From the IMG/VR virus record IMGVR_UViG_2541047697_000005: DNA of 44,762 nucleotides; one strand, given 5' to 3'. A program made the translations under genes and the position numbers. Position 1 is the stretch's first letter; each line of letters opens with the position of its first letter. The notes beneath the pieces are model-generated. The model searched no databases, had not been told where the DNA came from, and saw only the letters and a list, made by a program, of their open reading frames with translations. The stretch is from a virus (lineage: Duplodnaviria; Heunggongvirae; Uroviricota; Caudoviricetes). Below are positions 1 through 9,185 of this stretch, in pieces.

Positions 1-630
1 GCTCAGGCATTTGCTGCATTTATCCTTCGTGATATCGGACGTCGGCTGGTCATATTCATCCGCGACAGCCGGACCATGATAACCGCACTCATCACCGCGA
101 TAGGTCCAGGTGCAGGTGTTGGCCAGCATGATGCGCCCCGGAAAAACAGCACCATCCGTTTCCGTCGGTGTGGAGAGCACAAAGGAGGCACTGACCGCAC
201 TCAGTTCGCTGCACTGCTCGATGCGCCAGCGGCTGATCACCTCCTGCTCCGGATCGGCGTCGCTGTTTCCGTTGACGAAGTTCACCGCATCCAGAAAACG
301 GGCGTAAACCTTACGCCTGACCACCGTTCCGCCGACCAGACTCTGCAGGTCTTCCACCATCCCGGTGACCATGCCGTGCAGGTTAGAGACCGTCAGTGTC
401 GGACGGGCAGCACTACCCTTACCGTTCAGTTCAAATCCCGTCCCCTGAATAGGGTATACCTGATACTGCCGCCCCTGCCAGGTGACCGGCTCACCTTTTT
501 CGTTCTGCTCATTACAGAAAAAATAACGTTCACCACCGACCTCTGTCAGATCGATTTCCCAGAGCACCACCTGGGCTGACTGAGTAAGGCGTGTCGTCTC
601 ATGATGTGTTTCCTGTGGAATATCCTGCAT
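1..630 (-). CDS. Minor tail protein L (lambda gpL-like), partial; C-terminus lies beyond window start
   Basis: Minus-strand translation from ATG at 630 reads MQDIPQETHHETTRLTQSAQVVLWEIDLTEVGGERYFFCNEQNEKGEPVTWQGRQYQ..., closely matching lambda gpL as I recall it; frame stays open to position 1; GGAGG RBS upstream. Confidence 0.85.
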   Translation of the reverse strand, partial: MQDIPQETHHETTRLTQSAQVVLWEIDLTEVGGERYFFCNEQNEKGEPVTWQGRQYQVYPIQGTGFELNGKGSAARPTLTVSNLHGMVTGMVEDLQSLVGGTVVRRKVYARFLDAVNFVNGNSDADPEQEVISRWRIEQCSELSAVSASFVLSTPTETDGAVFPGRIMLANTCTWTYRGDECGYHGPAVADEYDQPTSDITKDKCSKCLS

Positions 631-639
631 CAGGGCCTC

Positions 640-969
640 CTATGCCACGACCTGTTCAAAATCTGCCGTTATGGTTACCCACAGCGCCCCCACGCTTGCC
701 GACCATTTACGACAAACCACCCTGATCGGCTTCCAGTCATAAGGTGGCGTCCACTGAAATGCGCGGACGCCACCGTGCCGTTCCAGAAAGGCTTTTAAAG
801 ATGGGTGTTCACATTTACGAACACGTATCGTCACGCTGTAAGTCGACAACTGGTTATTCAGTCCCGCCGCACGACGCTGTTCATAACCATCGCCCAGCTT
901 CACTGTCACCACTTTCGGCTCTGATACCACATTCATATCCGGGCGCACTTTCCAGTGAAACGTCTCCAT
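640..969 (-). CDS. Minor tail protein M (lambda gpM-like)
   Basis: 109 aa, METFHWKVRPDMNVV...FEQVVA resembles lambda gpM; start overlaps stop of upstream tape-measure gene. Confidence 0.85.
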   Translation of the reverse strand: METFHWKVRPDMNVVSEPKVVTVKLGDGYEQRRAAGLNNQLSTYSVTIRVRKCEHPSLKAFLERHGGVRAFQWTPPYDWKPIRVVCRKWSASVGALWVTITADFEQVVA

Positions 970-3900
970 TACCGATATGCTCCACTTAACCGACCACCAT
1001 CACGGGCCTGCTGTTGCATAAAGTCCGCTGCCGCTTTTTTCCCAAGGTCATAAACCACCTTCAGGGCAGCCGGACCTATCTGCCCGTTCGTGCCATCGTT
1101 ATTGATCTCGATGTTGTACTGCGGGGCAAACATCGCCATACCTGAACCACCAATATCCGCCACAACCCCCAGCTTACCGTCAGCACCACGACGCAGTGGC
1201 AGAATGGCTTCAGGCCCAGCTTCCCCCATCACACCCGCGCCTTTTGCAAAAGCAAAAAACGTCGGACGGTTAACCACCGTGCCACTGTAGCGACTCAAAT
1301 CAGCCGACTGATAAACACCGCCATCAGCATTAGCTACAAAATCAAAAGGCAGCGCGGAAGCAATGCCTTTTACCGCTTTCATTAAAGCTATCTGAGCCAT
1401 GATTCTGGACATATCTGACAGCACAGAAGAGGTGAAGGATTTGAAATTGAGTTTGCCTGTAGTACAGAATGTCGCCAGCCAGTCACTCATGCTACTGAAC
1501 GCAGACGTGAACAACTGTTCCACTGTCCCGGCTGTGTTATCCGCATTCTCAGTGACATTCTGGAGTGCACGCAGGACTCCGTTTTTCCAGTCACCCTGAG
1601 CAATTTCAAGCTGTTGCCAGTAACGGCGATTCTCACTCAGTTGTCGGTTCAGGCTCTCCGTCAGCGCCTGCTCGGCCTTTCTGTAGTCATCCGTGTTATA
1701 TGTCCCTTTCTGCTCACTATCCCGCCTCAACTGCTCCAGCTGTTGCTGGTATTTCTGGCGAAGACTCAGTTGTACCTGATATCGCTGCCGCTGCTGATCA
1801 CCCATACCCACCGTGGCGATATCCAGGTCATGTTGCTGACGCTGAGCGCGCTCTTCTTCAGCCAGTTGACTGGTCAGCTGAATTGTTTTTTTCTTCAGCT
1901 CGTTGAGTGCCGTCTGTTTCTGAAGCTCCTGCTGTTTTACATCCAGCAGCGTCAATGCCTGAATCAGTTCATCTTTACGGGCAAGCACACTCTTTTCATC
2001 TGCCGTCAGTTTTTTCCCGTCCAGGTCGCTGATGCGCTGCTGCAGAGCCAGAAGCTGTTTATGCGCTTCTGTCATCCTGTCAGTGGCAATGCCTGCTGAC
2101 TGTCTTGCAGCAGCAATCTGCCCTTCCACCTGTGCCTGTTGCTGACTGTACTGCAGCAATAACCGGGTGGCCTCATCATTACGGGTTTCGCGTGTTTTTT
2201 TCTTACCGGATGCCAGGGCTTTCTCGTAACGTTCATTTTCACGTTGTATCGCCGCATCCCTGACAGCCTGATCGGCGTACTGCATGGCATTAATACGCGC
2301 AATTTCACGCTGATGCCGTGCTGCTTCAGTTTCATTCATCCGGTTCAGTGCAGCATTTTCAGCATTACGGCGTTTCTGTTGCTCCTGATAATTCCGCTCT
2401 GCCTGCTCTTTTGCATCCTGCAAATCCTTCTGGCGTTTTTTCTCCTGAAGATCGTTAAGACGCTGCTGATCGTATTCAACCTGAGAAGATGATGCCGTCC
2501 AGGGGAGTCTTTTCGCCCGCGACACTTTCTCCTGTAAAGCGGCAATTTGTTCATCCAGCGAGTCTTCACGACCAATATTCATGGCCGCATCCCAGAAACG
2601 ACTCCACAAATCAGACAGATACTTCAGCGTACTACCAAGCGCATTGAGGTTATTATCAATATCCGCAGTACGCCGACCGGTTTCCTCTGCCAGTGCAGAC
2701 ATGGCTATCCGTGCAGCATCACTGGACCGTCCCTGATCCCCAAGGACACGTATCTGCTCAAGCTGAGTGGCAGTAAGAAAATGCAGCTCATTGTCCAGAG
2801 CCTTCGCGGCATTTACAGGATCATCCTTCAGCCGCTTAAACTGATTTATGGTATCGCTGATCGACTGGCCAACCGATCGCTCCATCTGTGCGGCAGCTCT
2901 CGCCACCATACCGATATCGTTTCCACGAAATGCACCACTCCCCACCACCTGAGCCAGCGCACCGGCTGCAGCATGTTGCGTGATACCATTCCCGGAAATA
3001 GCACGACTGAGCGTCCACAGCTGCCCGGCAGTGACTCCGGCATAATGCCCCGTCAGCGACAGCTGGCGGTTAAATTCTTCCCCCTCCTTCTGACCGTCAT
3101 ACCAGGCTTTACCCAGACCATAGACAGCCGCGGCAATACCGCCAATAACCCCGCCAAGCATCATGCCTTTCGGTGACATCAATGTGTCTATCCACCCGGC
3201 ACGGTTAGCCAGCGTTATTCCGGATCCCCTCAGCGCACCTAAATTTCCGCGGGCCAGTTCACCTATCAGAACGCCTATCTCCTGACGGGCCGCTGCACTT
3301 TTCAGACCCAGCGAATGCGTGGCTTTTCCTGCCTGCTCCATTTTGCGGATATACACTTCTGCAGCACTGCTTACCCCCAGCTGGGCAGCCTTAGCACGAA
3401 GCAACTCAGAAGAAGAAAGATTCTGGCGGGTTGCCTGCTCTTTAAGCTGACGGATAAACGCCACTTTCTGTCGGGTAGCCTCTTCCTCAGCCTGTGTAAG
3501 AACACGGGTTTTCGCCGTAACCTCAGAAATCAGCGCCAGATAATCCTGCTGACCAATCCCGCCACTGTTTCTGGCCTGTCGGATCTGCTGCTGAATACGC
3601 TGTAATTCCTGCAGCCCCGCACTGGCCTGTTTCACACTGTCAATCTGACGATAAAACGCAGCAGCCGCTTTATCCTGAGCCTCCGCCAGAGCCATGGCCT
3701 GCGCCTGTTCCTCGCGCATTTTCTGGCTCAGCGCCTCCATGCGCTGGCGGGTTTTCTCCACCTCGCGGGCCATGCGTTCATGAGCCTGTGCGTTCTTCTC
3801 CACTGTCTGCGCATGGACGGATGCGGCTGTTGCAGCCGAAGACGCCGCCTGCGTTGTCTGCCGGGCGGCCTGAGTCTGACGCTCCATAAAACGCTGCATA

Positions 3901-4025
3901 CGGGCAGAAGACCGTTCTGCATCGCTGGCTGCACCATTCAGAAGGTTTTTGATACGGGGGATTTCATTTTTAAACTCTGCCGCATCAATCCCCAAATCAA
4001 TGACCAGGTTGGCTATCTGGTCCAT
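969..4025 (-). CDS. Tail tape measure protein (lambda gpH-like)
   Basis: About 1000 aa, coiled-coil-rich with glycine-rich hydrophobic segment; position between G/T and M; start placed at internal ATG 4025 (MDQIANLVIDLGIDAAEF, GGAGGTG RBS) rather than ORF-track start 4055. Confidence 0.85.
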   Translation of the reverse strand: MDQIANLVIDLGIDAAEFKNEIPRIKNLLNGAASDAERSSARMQRFMERQTQAARQTTQAASSAATAASVHAQTVEKNAQAHERMAREVEKTRQRMEALSQKMREEQAQAMALAEAQDKAAAAFYRQIDSVKQASAGLQELQRIQQQIRQARNSGGIGQQDYLALISEVTAKTRVLTQAEEEATRQKVAFIRQLKEQATRQNLSSSELLRAKAAQLGVSSAAEVYIRKMEQAGKATHSLGLKSAAARQEIGVLIGELARGNLGALRGSGITLANRAGWIDTLMSPKGMMLGGVIGGIAAAVYGLGKAWYDGQKEGEEFNRQLSLTGHYAGVTAGQLWTLSRAISGNGITQHAAAGALAQVVGSGAFRGNDIGMVARAAAQMERSVGQSISDTINQFKRLKDDPVNAAKALDNELHFLTATQLEQIRVLGDQGRSSDAARIAMSALAEETGRRTADIDNNLNALGSTLKYLSDLWSRFWDAAMNIGREDSLDEQIAALQEKVSRAKRLPWTASSSQVEYDQQRLNDLQEKKRQKDLQDAKEQAERNYQEQQKRRNAENAALNRMNETEAARHQREIARINAMQYADQAVRDAAIQRENERYEKALASGKKKTRETRNDEATRLLLQYSQQQAQVEGQIAAARQSAGIATDRMTEAHKQLLALQQRISDLDGKKLTADEKSVLARKDELIQALTLLDVKQQELQKQTALNELKKKTIQLTSQLAEEERAQRQQHDLDIATVGMGDQQRQRYQVQLSLRQKYQQQLEQLRRDSEQKGTYNTDDYRKAEQALTESLNRQLSENRRYWQQLEIAQGDWKNGVLRALQNVTENADNTAGTVEQLFTSAFSSMSDWLATFCTTGKLNFKSFTSSVLSDMSRIMAQIALMKAVKGIASALPFDFVANADGGVYQSADLSRYSGTVVNRPTFFAFAKGAGVMGEAGPEAILPLRRGADGKLGVVADIGGSGMAMFAPQYNIEINNDGTNGQIGPAALKVVYDLGKKAAADFMQQQARDGGRLSGAYR

Positions 4026-4347
4026 AACGCACACCTCCGGAAATACCTTCCCCAAGATGCATCAGTTCTTCGTCCGTTCGCTCCGGTATCCCGTTCTCTT
4101 CCGGTAAAAGGCTGAAATCAGCCACCGCAGCATCACTGCTGCCGGACACCATTCTCACGATCAATGCCTTCAGCGAGGCAAACTGCGCATCCATCCACAC
4201 ATCACTGAAGCTCTGCATCCGGAAATAATCGCCCCACTCACCAAGCTCAGTGGCCGACATTTCCGACAGCATCCGCCGCCAGTCTGCCCGCCGGAACTCC
4301 CGGGCAAGCCGCATGACAAACTGCATTTCCCGCGTCAGGACTTTTCC
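3997..4347 (-). CDS. Tail assembly chaperone T segment, probably expressed as G-T fusion by -1 frameshift
   Basis: ORF in -1 frame relative to G, overlapping G 3' end and running to just upstream of H; same arrangement as lambda G/G-T. Confidence 0.7.
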   Translation of the reverse strand, partial: GKVLTREMQFVMRLAREFRRADWRRMLSEMSATELGEWGDYFRMQSFSDVWMDAQFASLKALIVRMVSGSSDAAVADFSLLPEENGIPERTDEELMHLGEGISGGVRYGPDSQPGH

Positions 4348-4724
4348 GGCGTCAGCGCCTCATGCTCATCATCCCCGGCATTATCAATGGCCCCCATACC
4401 GCTCAGCGACAGAACCATCTCCGCCCCCGCACCCAGGGCATCATACGACCATGTTGTAATAACGGATGCGCAAAGCGTCTCTACATCCTTAGACTGATCC
4501 GCATTCCACAGTGAGCGGGAAACCAGCCAGGCATTGATATCCATCCCCATCCGCAGAAAAGCAATCTGTCGTTCAGCCTCCGGCAGTTCTCCCTCACCGG
4601 CATCAAACTTTGCCGTTCGCTGCTGAACAAACGCCAGATATTCAATTCTCTGCAGCCCGGACAGCTCACTGAGCACCACGGACTGTTTTTCATAATTAAA
4701 CGTGCCCTGTTTCAGAAACATCAT
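4335..4724 (-). CDS. Tail assembly chaperone G
   Basis: MMFLKQGTFNYEKQSVVLSELSGLQRIEYLAF resembles lambda gpG N-terminus; GGTGGAG RBS before ATG at 4724. Confidence 0.8.
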   Translation of the reverse strand: MMFLKQGTFNYEKQSVVLSELSGLQRIEYLAFVQQRTAKFDAGEGELPEAERQIAFLRMGMDINAWLVSRSLWNADQSKDVETLCASVITTWSYDALGAGAEMVLSLSGMGAIDNAGDDEHEALTPEKS

Positions 4725-4781
4725 GTTCTCCACCTGCAAAAAAGCCCCGGATAACCGGGGCAAATGATGAGTATCGTCCTG

Positions 4782-5525
4782 TTAACCTGCGGCGCTGACA
4801 GTCACCGCAGCCACAGCCACAAAATTCCCGTCAGCGGTCATGCCCACAATGCTGACACTGCCCTGCTTCACGCCTTTCACCGTGGCTACAAGCCCGTTCA
4901 GGGTCACCGTGGCAGTCTGTGGATCTGACGAATGCACACTGATCGCTTTGTCACTGGCTCCGTCAGGTTTTACTGTAAAGGTCAGCGTGGTGGTTGCTCC
5001 CACTTTTACACTGGCAGATGCCGGTGCCACCGTCAGCCCGGTAACGCTCACTGTTTCAGTGCCTTCCTCTGCCAGATACGGACGCCCCACACCGCTGATT
5101 TTCACAGTGCGGGTCATCACGTCTTTTGAGGCAATGGTTTTACCCAGTGAACTCAGCCAGCCACGGAAAACATCAACAGTACCGTTGGGATATTTGATAC
5201 GAAACGCGCAGACTTCACCGGAGTCGAACAACTGAACCAGTTTTTTCTGCCCGCTGTCACCCGGACGCCAGGCCAGCGTCGCCGAAGTATCACCGACTGA
5301 TTTCTGCCCCTGGGTTGTCGTTTTCCAGTCTGCATCTTCATCATCGAGATAAGTATCATCTTCTGCATCAGCGGTCATTTCGCCAGGTTGCAGATCCTTC
5401 ACCATCGCAAGACGCAGCCAGTCAGTGTCCGACAAAGGGTTCGCAAATGCGTCGCCGTTGCCGGTATACATCCAGAACGTCGTCCCCGCACCTTTCGTCT
5501 TTGCCAGTGGATTTGGTGTGGTCAT
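4782..5525 (-). CDS. Major tail protein V with C-terminal Ig-like domain
   Basis: MTTPNPLAKTKGAGTTFWMYTGNGDAFANPLSDTDWLRLAMVKDL... lambda gpV-like; Thr/Val-rich Ig-like C-terminus; AAGGAGG RBS before ATG at 5525. Confidence 0.85.
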   Translation of the reverse strand: MTTPNPLAKTKGAGTTFWMYTGNGDAFANPLSDTDWLRLAMVKDLQPGEMTADAEDDTYLDDEDADWKTTTQGQKSVGDTSATLAWRPGDSGQKKLVQLFDSGEVCAFRIKYPNGTVDVFRGWLSSLGKTIASKDVMTRTVKISGVGRPYLAEEGTETVSVTGLTVAPASASVKVGATTTLTFTVKPDGASDKAISVHSSDPQTATVTLNGLVATVKGVKQGSVSIVGMTADGNFVAVAAVTVSAAG

Positions 5526-5535
5526 TGCCACCTCC

Positions 5536-5937
5536 TTAATTCGTGTACGTGATCTGGTACGTGATTTCCGCCATCGCCCAGGTGGCCATCTCATTATCAC
5601 GTTGATAGTTAAAACCGAGTGGGATCAGGGTGTCGATGAGTCCGGAAAGTGCCGGTACATCATTCAGGGCCGGGAAAATGGTGCTCTCCATCCACATATC
5701 CAGCTCTGAATCCGGTGCCTGTGCCCGGATGAAGACAGCAATATGCAGAACAGCCTGCCAGTCATCTTCATCCGTCATTTTTCCGGTGTACTGAGCATCA
5801 CTCAGCCACACCGCCACGGCAGGCAGTTCCTGCGCATCAACAAATGCCGGAAGCCCGTCAAAAAACGTGGCGCTGTCTCCACACTGTTCCCGAAGGCGTG
5901 CCAGTACGACCTGGCGGATTTGTGTATGTCGGTTCAT
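5536..5937 (-). CDS. Tail terminator protein U (lambda gpU-like)
   Basis: Contains ATFFDGLPAFVDAQELPAVAV and DSELDMWMESTIFPAL, resembling lambda gpU motifs. Confidence 0.8.
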   Translation of the reverse strand: MNRHTQIRQVVLARLREQCGDSATFFDGLPAFVDAQELPAVAVWLSDAQYTGKMTDEDDWQAVLHIAVFIRAQAPDSELDMWMESTIFPALNDVPALSGLIDTLIPLGFNYQRDNEMATWAMAEITYQITYTN

Positions 5938-6524
5938 CGGGTCAGCCATAACCTCAGTTGTTGTTTCAGTGCATACCCCAGCTGTTTCGGCATTTCCGCA
6001 GCAATGATGCGGTCGCGGGCATCTTCAAATGCCTGTGTCAGCGGTCCGGACAGCGGGATTTTCACTACCTCCACAGGAAGACGATTTTTTCTTGGCCTGC
6101 CCTGATGGTCATGCCCTGTTGCAAAACGCGCTTCAGGAAGACGCCTCAGAACATGCCAGCGGCCATTCGCCAGTTGCTGAACAAATGCCCCCCGGAAAAA
6201 GTATTTTCCCACTCTCAGTCCTTCACCAGCACGCCGCCGTGTTGTGTTCAGTTTGATGGCGGGCAGATTGCCCCGGTTAACGCGGATCCTGGCCGTCATT
6301 TTTCCTGACGGACTGGCTTTAAACACCCGGACACGCTGACGTACCAGTTTCAGGGGGATCCCTTTCACCTGGTTATCTCCCGCAACGGTATTCCCGGCAA
6401 CCTGCCGGGTGGCAACCGAGACCGCTTTCTGTGCCACACGGTTTATCGCCCATGCGCTGGCCTGTGGCACCATACGGGTATCAAGGCTGTTCAGATTGCG
6501 GATGGCATTCTCAAGCCCCTTCAT
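5934..6524 (-). CDS. Tail completion protein Z (lambda gpZ-like)
   Basis: MKGLENAIRNL... GAFVQQLANGRWHV...VVKIPLSGPLTQAF...LGYALKQQLRLWL resembles lambda gpZ. Confidence 0.8.
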   Translation of the reverse strand: MKGLENAIRNLNSLDTRMVPQASAWAINRVAQKAVSVATRQVAGNTVAGDNQVKGIPLKLVRQRVRVFKASPSGKMTARIRVNRGNLPAIKLNTTRRRAGEGLRVGKYFFRGAFVQQLANGRWHVLRRLPEARFATGHDHQGRPRKNRLPVEVVKIPLSGPLTQAFEDARDRIIAAEMPKQLGYALKQQLRLWLTR

Positions 6525-6535
6525 CCCATACCTCT

Positions 6536-6811
6536 TTACTCAATAAAGATCATTGGCTTACCGTTAAAGCGTTCATGCCGTGTGACCGTCCATTGTTGTC
6601 CGTCATAAACAACGCGATCCCCGCGCCGTGGGCGGTATCCCGAAGAAAACACCACCAGAGAGACCGCAGGTCCGGACAGAGCATTCAGCTCTGCCAGTGT
6701 TTCTCCCGGGATCACAGTCATATCGACATCATTAATCGAGGCTGTCTTTCCCATCTTTCTGACCGTGATCGCATCCATACGCGCTACCAGCCGGGAAAAG
6801 GGATCAGACAT
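6536..6811 (-). CDS. Head-tail joining protein (lambda gpFII-like)
   Basis: 91 aa; MSDPFSRLVARMDAITVRKMG and RRGDRVVYDGQQWTVTR resemble gpFII; position between head and Z. Confidence 0.6.
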   Translation of the reverse strand: MSDPFSRLVARMDAITVRKMGKTASINDVDMTVIPGETLAELNALSGPAVSLVVFSSGYRPRRGDRVVYDGQQWTVTRHERFNGKPMIFIE

Positions 6812-7127
6812 TGAGTTTTACCGGCACTTCTTCTGCACTGGTTCCGGCATCTGCCCAGACAACCCCGACCAGCGGATCAGAGCCGCTGTTAGTCAGCTGA
6901 ACTTTTCCGGACTTCAGATAAACCTTCTTACCCGTTTTCATGTCATCCGTTTTCAGCTTAGGCAGCATAAACACACCTTCGGTCATGCCGTCGCCTGTTT
7001 CACCCTGTGGAATATCGGTCAGCGCCACCGCAAAAACATCACCCACCTGCACCAGATCTCCGCTGCTGATGGCTGCACTGGCAACAATCGCCACCGTTTT
7101 TCCTTCTTCTACAAAATTCTTTGCCAT
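6804..7127 (-). CDS. DUF2190-like small head-associated protein
   Basis: Start at ATG 7127 (GGAGA RBS): MAKNFVEEGKTV...GETGDGMTEGVFMLPK; immediately downstream of the capsid gene. Confidence 0.45.
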   Translation of the reverse strand: MAKNFVEEGKTVAIVASAAISSGDLVQVGDVFAVALTDIPQGETGDGMTEGVFMLPKLKTDDMKTGKKVYLKSGKVQLTNSGSDPLVGVVWADAGTSAEEVPVKLNV

Positions 7128-7170
7128 AACTGTCTCCGCACAGCCCCGTTCAGGGGCTGATTTCAGGTAC

Positions 7171-7189
7171 AAAAAAAGCCCTTACGGGC
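7171..7189 (-). terminator. Rho-independent terminator after the capsid gene
   Basis: Minus strand reads GCCCGTAAGGGC hairpin followed by TTTTTTT. Confidence 0.55.
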
Positions 7190-7213
7190 CATCAGAGTTG
7201 TTGTCTGCGACGT

Positions 7214-9172
7214 TTACGCCGTACATTTCACCAGACCGCGGTGATCAACTGGCGCGACACCGGCGTCAATACGCACTTTCGTTGTCACGCCATCCACACT
7301 GAAGCCCTCCATCTGATCAATATATGGCGTATCCACACCGTTGAGATAAGCCACTTCAATCGTATCGGAGCCTTTTGACGCAGCCAGGTAGAAGGTGGTC
7401 TGGCTGTTATCATCAAGACGAGGCTCTGCAATAACGGTCGCAAAATCTTTCACCGGGTTAATAATACCGGCGTTAATGTCAGCCCCCTTGACACTTGAGG
7501 AGCGAATGACCTGGTTAGCAACAGACTCCATCGCCGTCGGTACCAGTACGAACGCAGGACGAATATTCAGATGACGCTCCCCCTCTTTCTGAACGCGCAT
7601 CAACTGGCGGGCTTTATCCAGCGATGCCACGTCCATTGCAGCGCTCTCCAGTACGTTTGCATGTTTCGCTTTATCGAACAGATTTACATTATCTGTGGAG
7701 ATTTTCGGGTTAGACGTCAGAATGGCATAAACCAGATCGGCAATAGTGGATTTCGCCGCACGGCCCAGTTTCATCGGGACATCGGTCAGCATATTCAGAT
7801 CATCATTGATAATGGCCTGACGGGTGATACTGAACAGCTCGCCATAGGTCGCCAGTGCAATAGTGGCCTGTTTATCTCCGGTGGTGACGTATTTATATTC
7901 CGCCCCTTCACGCACCTGACGCAGAGCACTGAAGCCCCCCATACCCACACGATGGGCAATTTTAAAATCAGACAACTGACCTTTCCGCGTCCACTGTTCA
8001 TAGGTTTCAGGGGCATCTTCCCAGCCCTGCAGAATGGCTTTGTTCGCAACATCCAGCAGAATATTACCGAAGTCAGACGTACTGTGTGTGAACGCCGCAC
8101 CGACCATCTGCATCGGGTTATAACTGGAAACCCCAATACCCCGTTCAGTCAGTGACATACGGGCATATTCACGCAGGGTCATCCCGTTGTAGACATTATC
8201 ACGTTCGGTTTTTTCAAATCCGGCACGCGCCATCAGCGCCTGGCGGATCCCGTCCCCCACAAAATTACCGTTACCGGCATAAATATGAGCCGGGGTATTT
8301 TTATTGGATGGCGTGGACTCGCGCCCCATCTCGTTCAACAGCTTTTCGCGGGCCTGCTCCAGCGAACATTCAGGATCGGCAAGACACTGAGCCTGCAGCG
8401 ACTGATAACGCCCGCCAAACATGGCAAACAGATCATTAATACCGTTTACACGCGCTTTTTGCTCTGCCAGGACCTGCGCACGGATGCTGTTTTCATCCAC
8501 CACGGGTGCTGCTGCCTGCACTGGCGTCCGGGAGGCTGCAGGTTCATCATCCTGTACGCGTGGAGCACTGTTGCGTGGCGGAGTAATCATGTTTCGAATG
8601 GATTCCGGCATCTTTTTAAATTCCTCTGTACGTTTTGACTGAATACATGCCATTGCCTTAACGGCTGGCGTTACCTGATCAGCAAATCCATGTGCCAGAC
8701 ATTCGGCACCGGACATCCAGGTCTCATCCGCCAGCATGGCAGCAATTTCATCGGTGGTTTTCCCGGTTTTCTGTGCATAAGCGGGTAACAGAACCGCCTC
8801 AACTTTATCGAGCAGGTCGGCATAGGTGCGCATGTCCTCCGCATTACCGCCCGTAAAGCCAAATGGTTTATGAATCATCATGAAGGTGTTTTCCGGCATA
8901 ATGACCGGGTTTCCCACCATCGCAATGACCGACGCCATTGACGCCGCCATACCGTCGACATAAACGGTAATGGACGCACCATGTGTTTTCAGCGCATTAA
9001 AAATGGCGATGCCTTCAAAGACATCGCCACCCGGTGAATTAATATGGAGATTAATGTGGGTGATATCGCCCAGTGCATTCAGATCACTGATAAACTGCTT
9101 CGCTGTAACACCCCAGAAACCAATCTCGTCATAAATATAAATATCCGCGTCACTCTGGTGACCAGCCTGCAT
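7214..9172 (-). CDS. Prohead protease (ClpP/S14-like) fused to HK97-fold major capsid protein (helper copy)
   Basis: Start at ATG 9172 (MQAGHQSDADIYIYDEIGFWG); N-terminal ClpP-like motifs (SPGGDVFEG, GMAASMAS, MIHKP); C-terminal major-capsid-like half; directly follows portal. Confidence 0.8.
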   Translation of the reverse strand: MQAGHQSDADIYIYDEIGFWGVTAKQFISDLNALGDITHINLHINSPGGDVFEGIAIFNALKTHGASITVYVDGMAASMASVIAMVGNPVIMPENTFMMIHKPFGFTGGNAEDMRTYADLLDKVEAVLLPAYAQKTGKTTDEIAAMLADETWMSGAECLAHGFADQVTPAVKAMACIQSKRTEEFKKMPESIRNMITPPRNSAPRVQDDEPAASRTPVQAAAPVVDENSIRAQVLAEQKARVNGINDLFAMFGGRYQSLQAQCLADPECSLEQAREKLLNEMGRESTPSNKNTPAHIYAGNGNFVGDGIRQALMARAGFEKTERDNVYNGMTLREYARMSLTERGIGVSSYNPMQMVGAAFTHSTSDFGNILLDVANKAILQGWEDAPETYEQWTRKGQLSDFKIAHRVGMGGFSALRQVREGAEYKYVTTGDKQATIALATYGELFSITRQAIINDDLNMLTDVPMKLGRAAKSTIADLVYAILTSNPKISTDNVNLFDKAKHANVLESAAMDVASLDKARQLMRVQKEGERHLNIRPAFVLVPTAMESVANQVIRSSSVKGADINAGIINPVKDFATVIAEPRLDDNSQTTFYLAASKGSDTIEVAYLNGVDTPYIDQMEGFSVDGVTTKVRIDAGVAPVDHRGLVKCTA

Positions 9173-9185
9173 CCTGAACCAGGAA

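Noticed and set aside
1614-3176. Several plus-strand ORFs of 160-210 aa (1614-2099, 2547-3176)
   Set aside because: Antisense to the tape-measure gene, whose skewed composition generates long open frames; no RBS and no family resemblance.
8152-8439. Plus-strand ORFs at 8152-8439 and 13965-14210 sharing the peptide RYRHKYEPGYFY
   Set aside because: Both are antisense to the two capsid genes and the shared peptide is just the reverse frame of the near-identical DNA patch; not independent genes.
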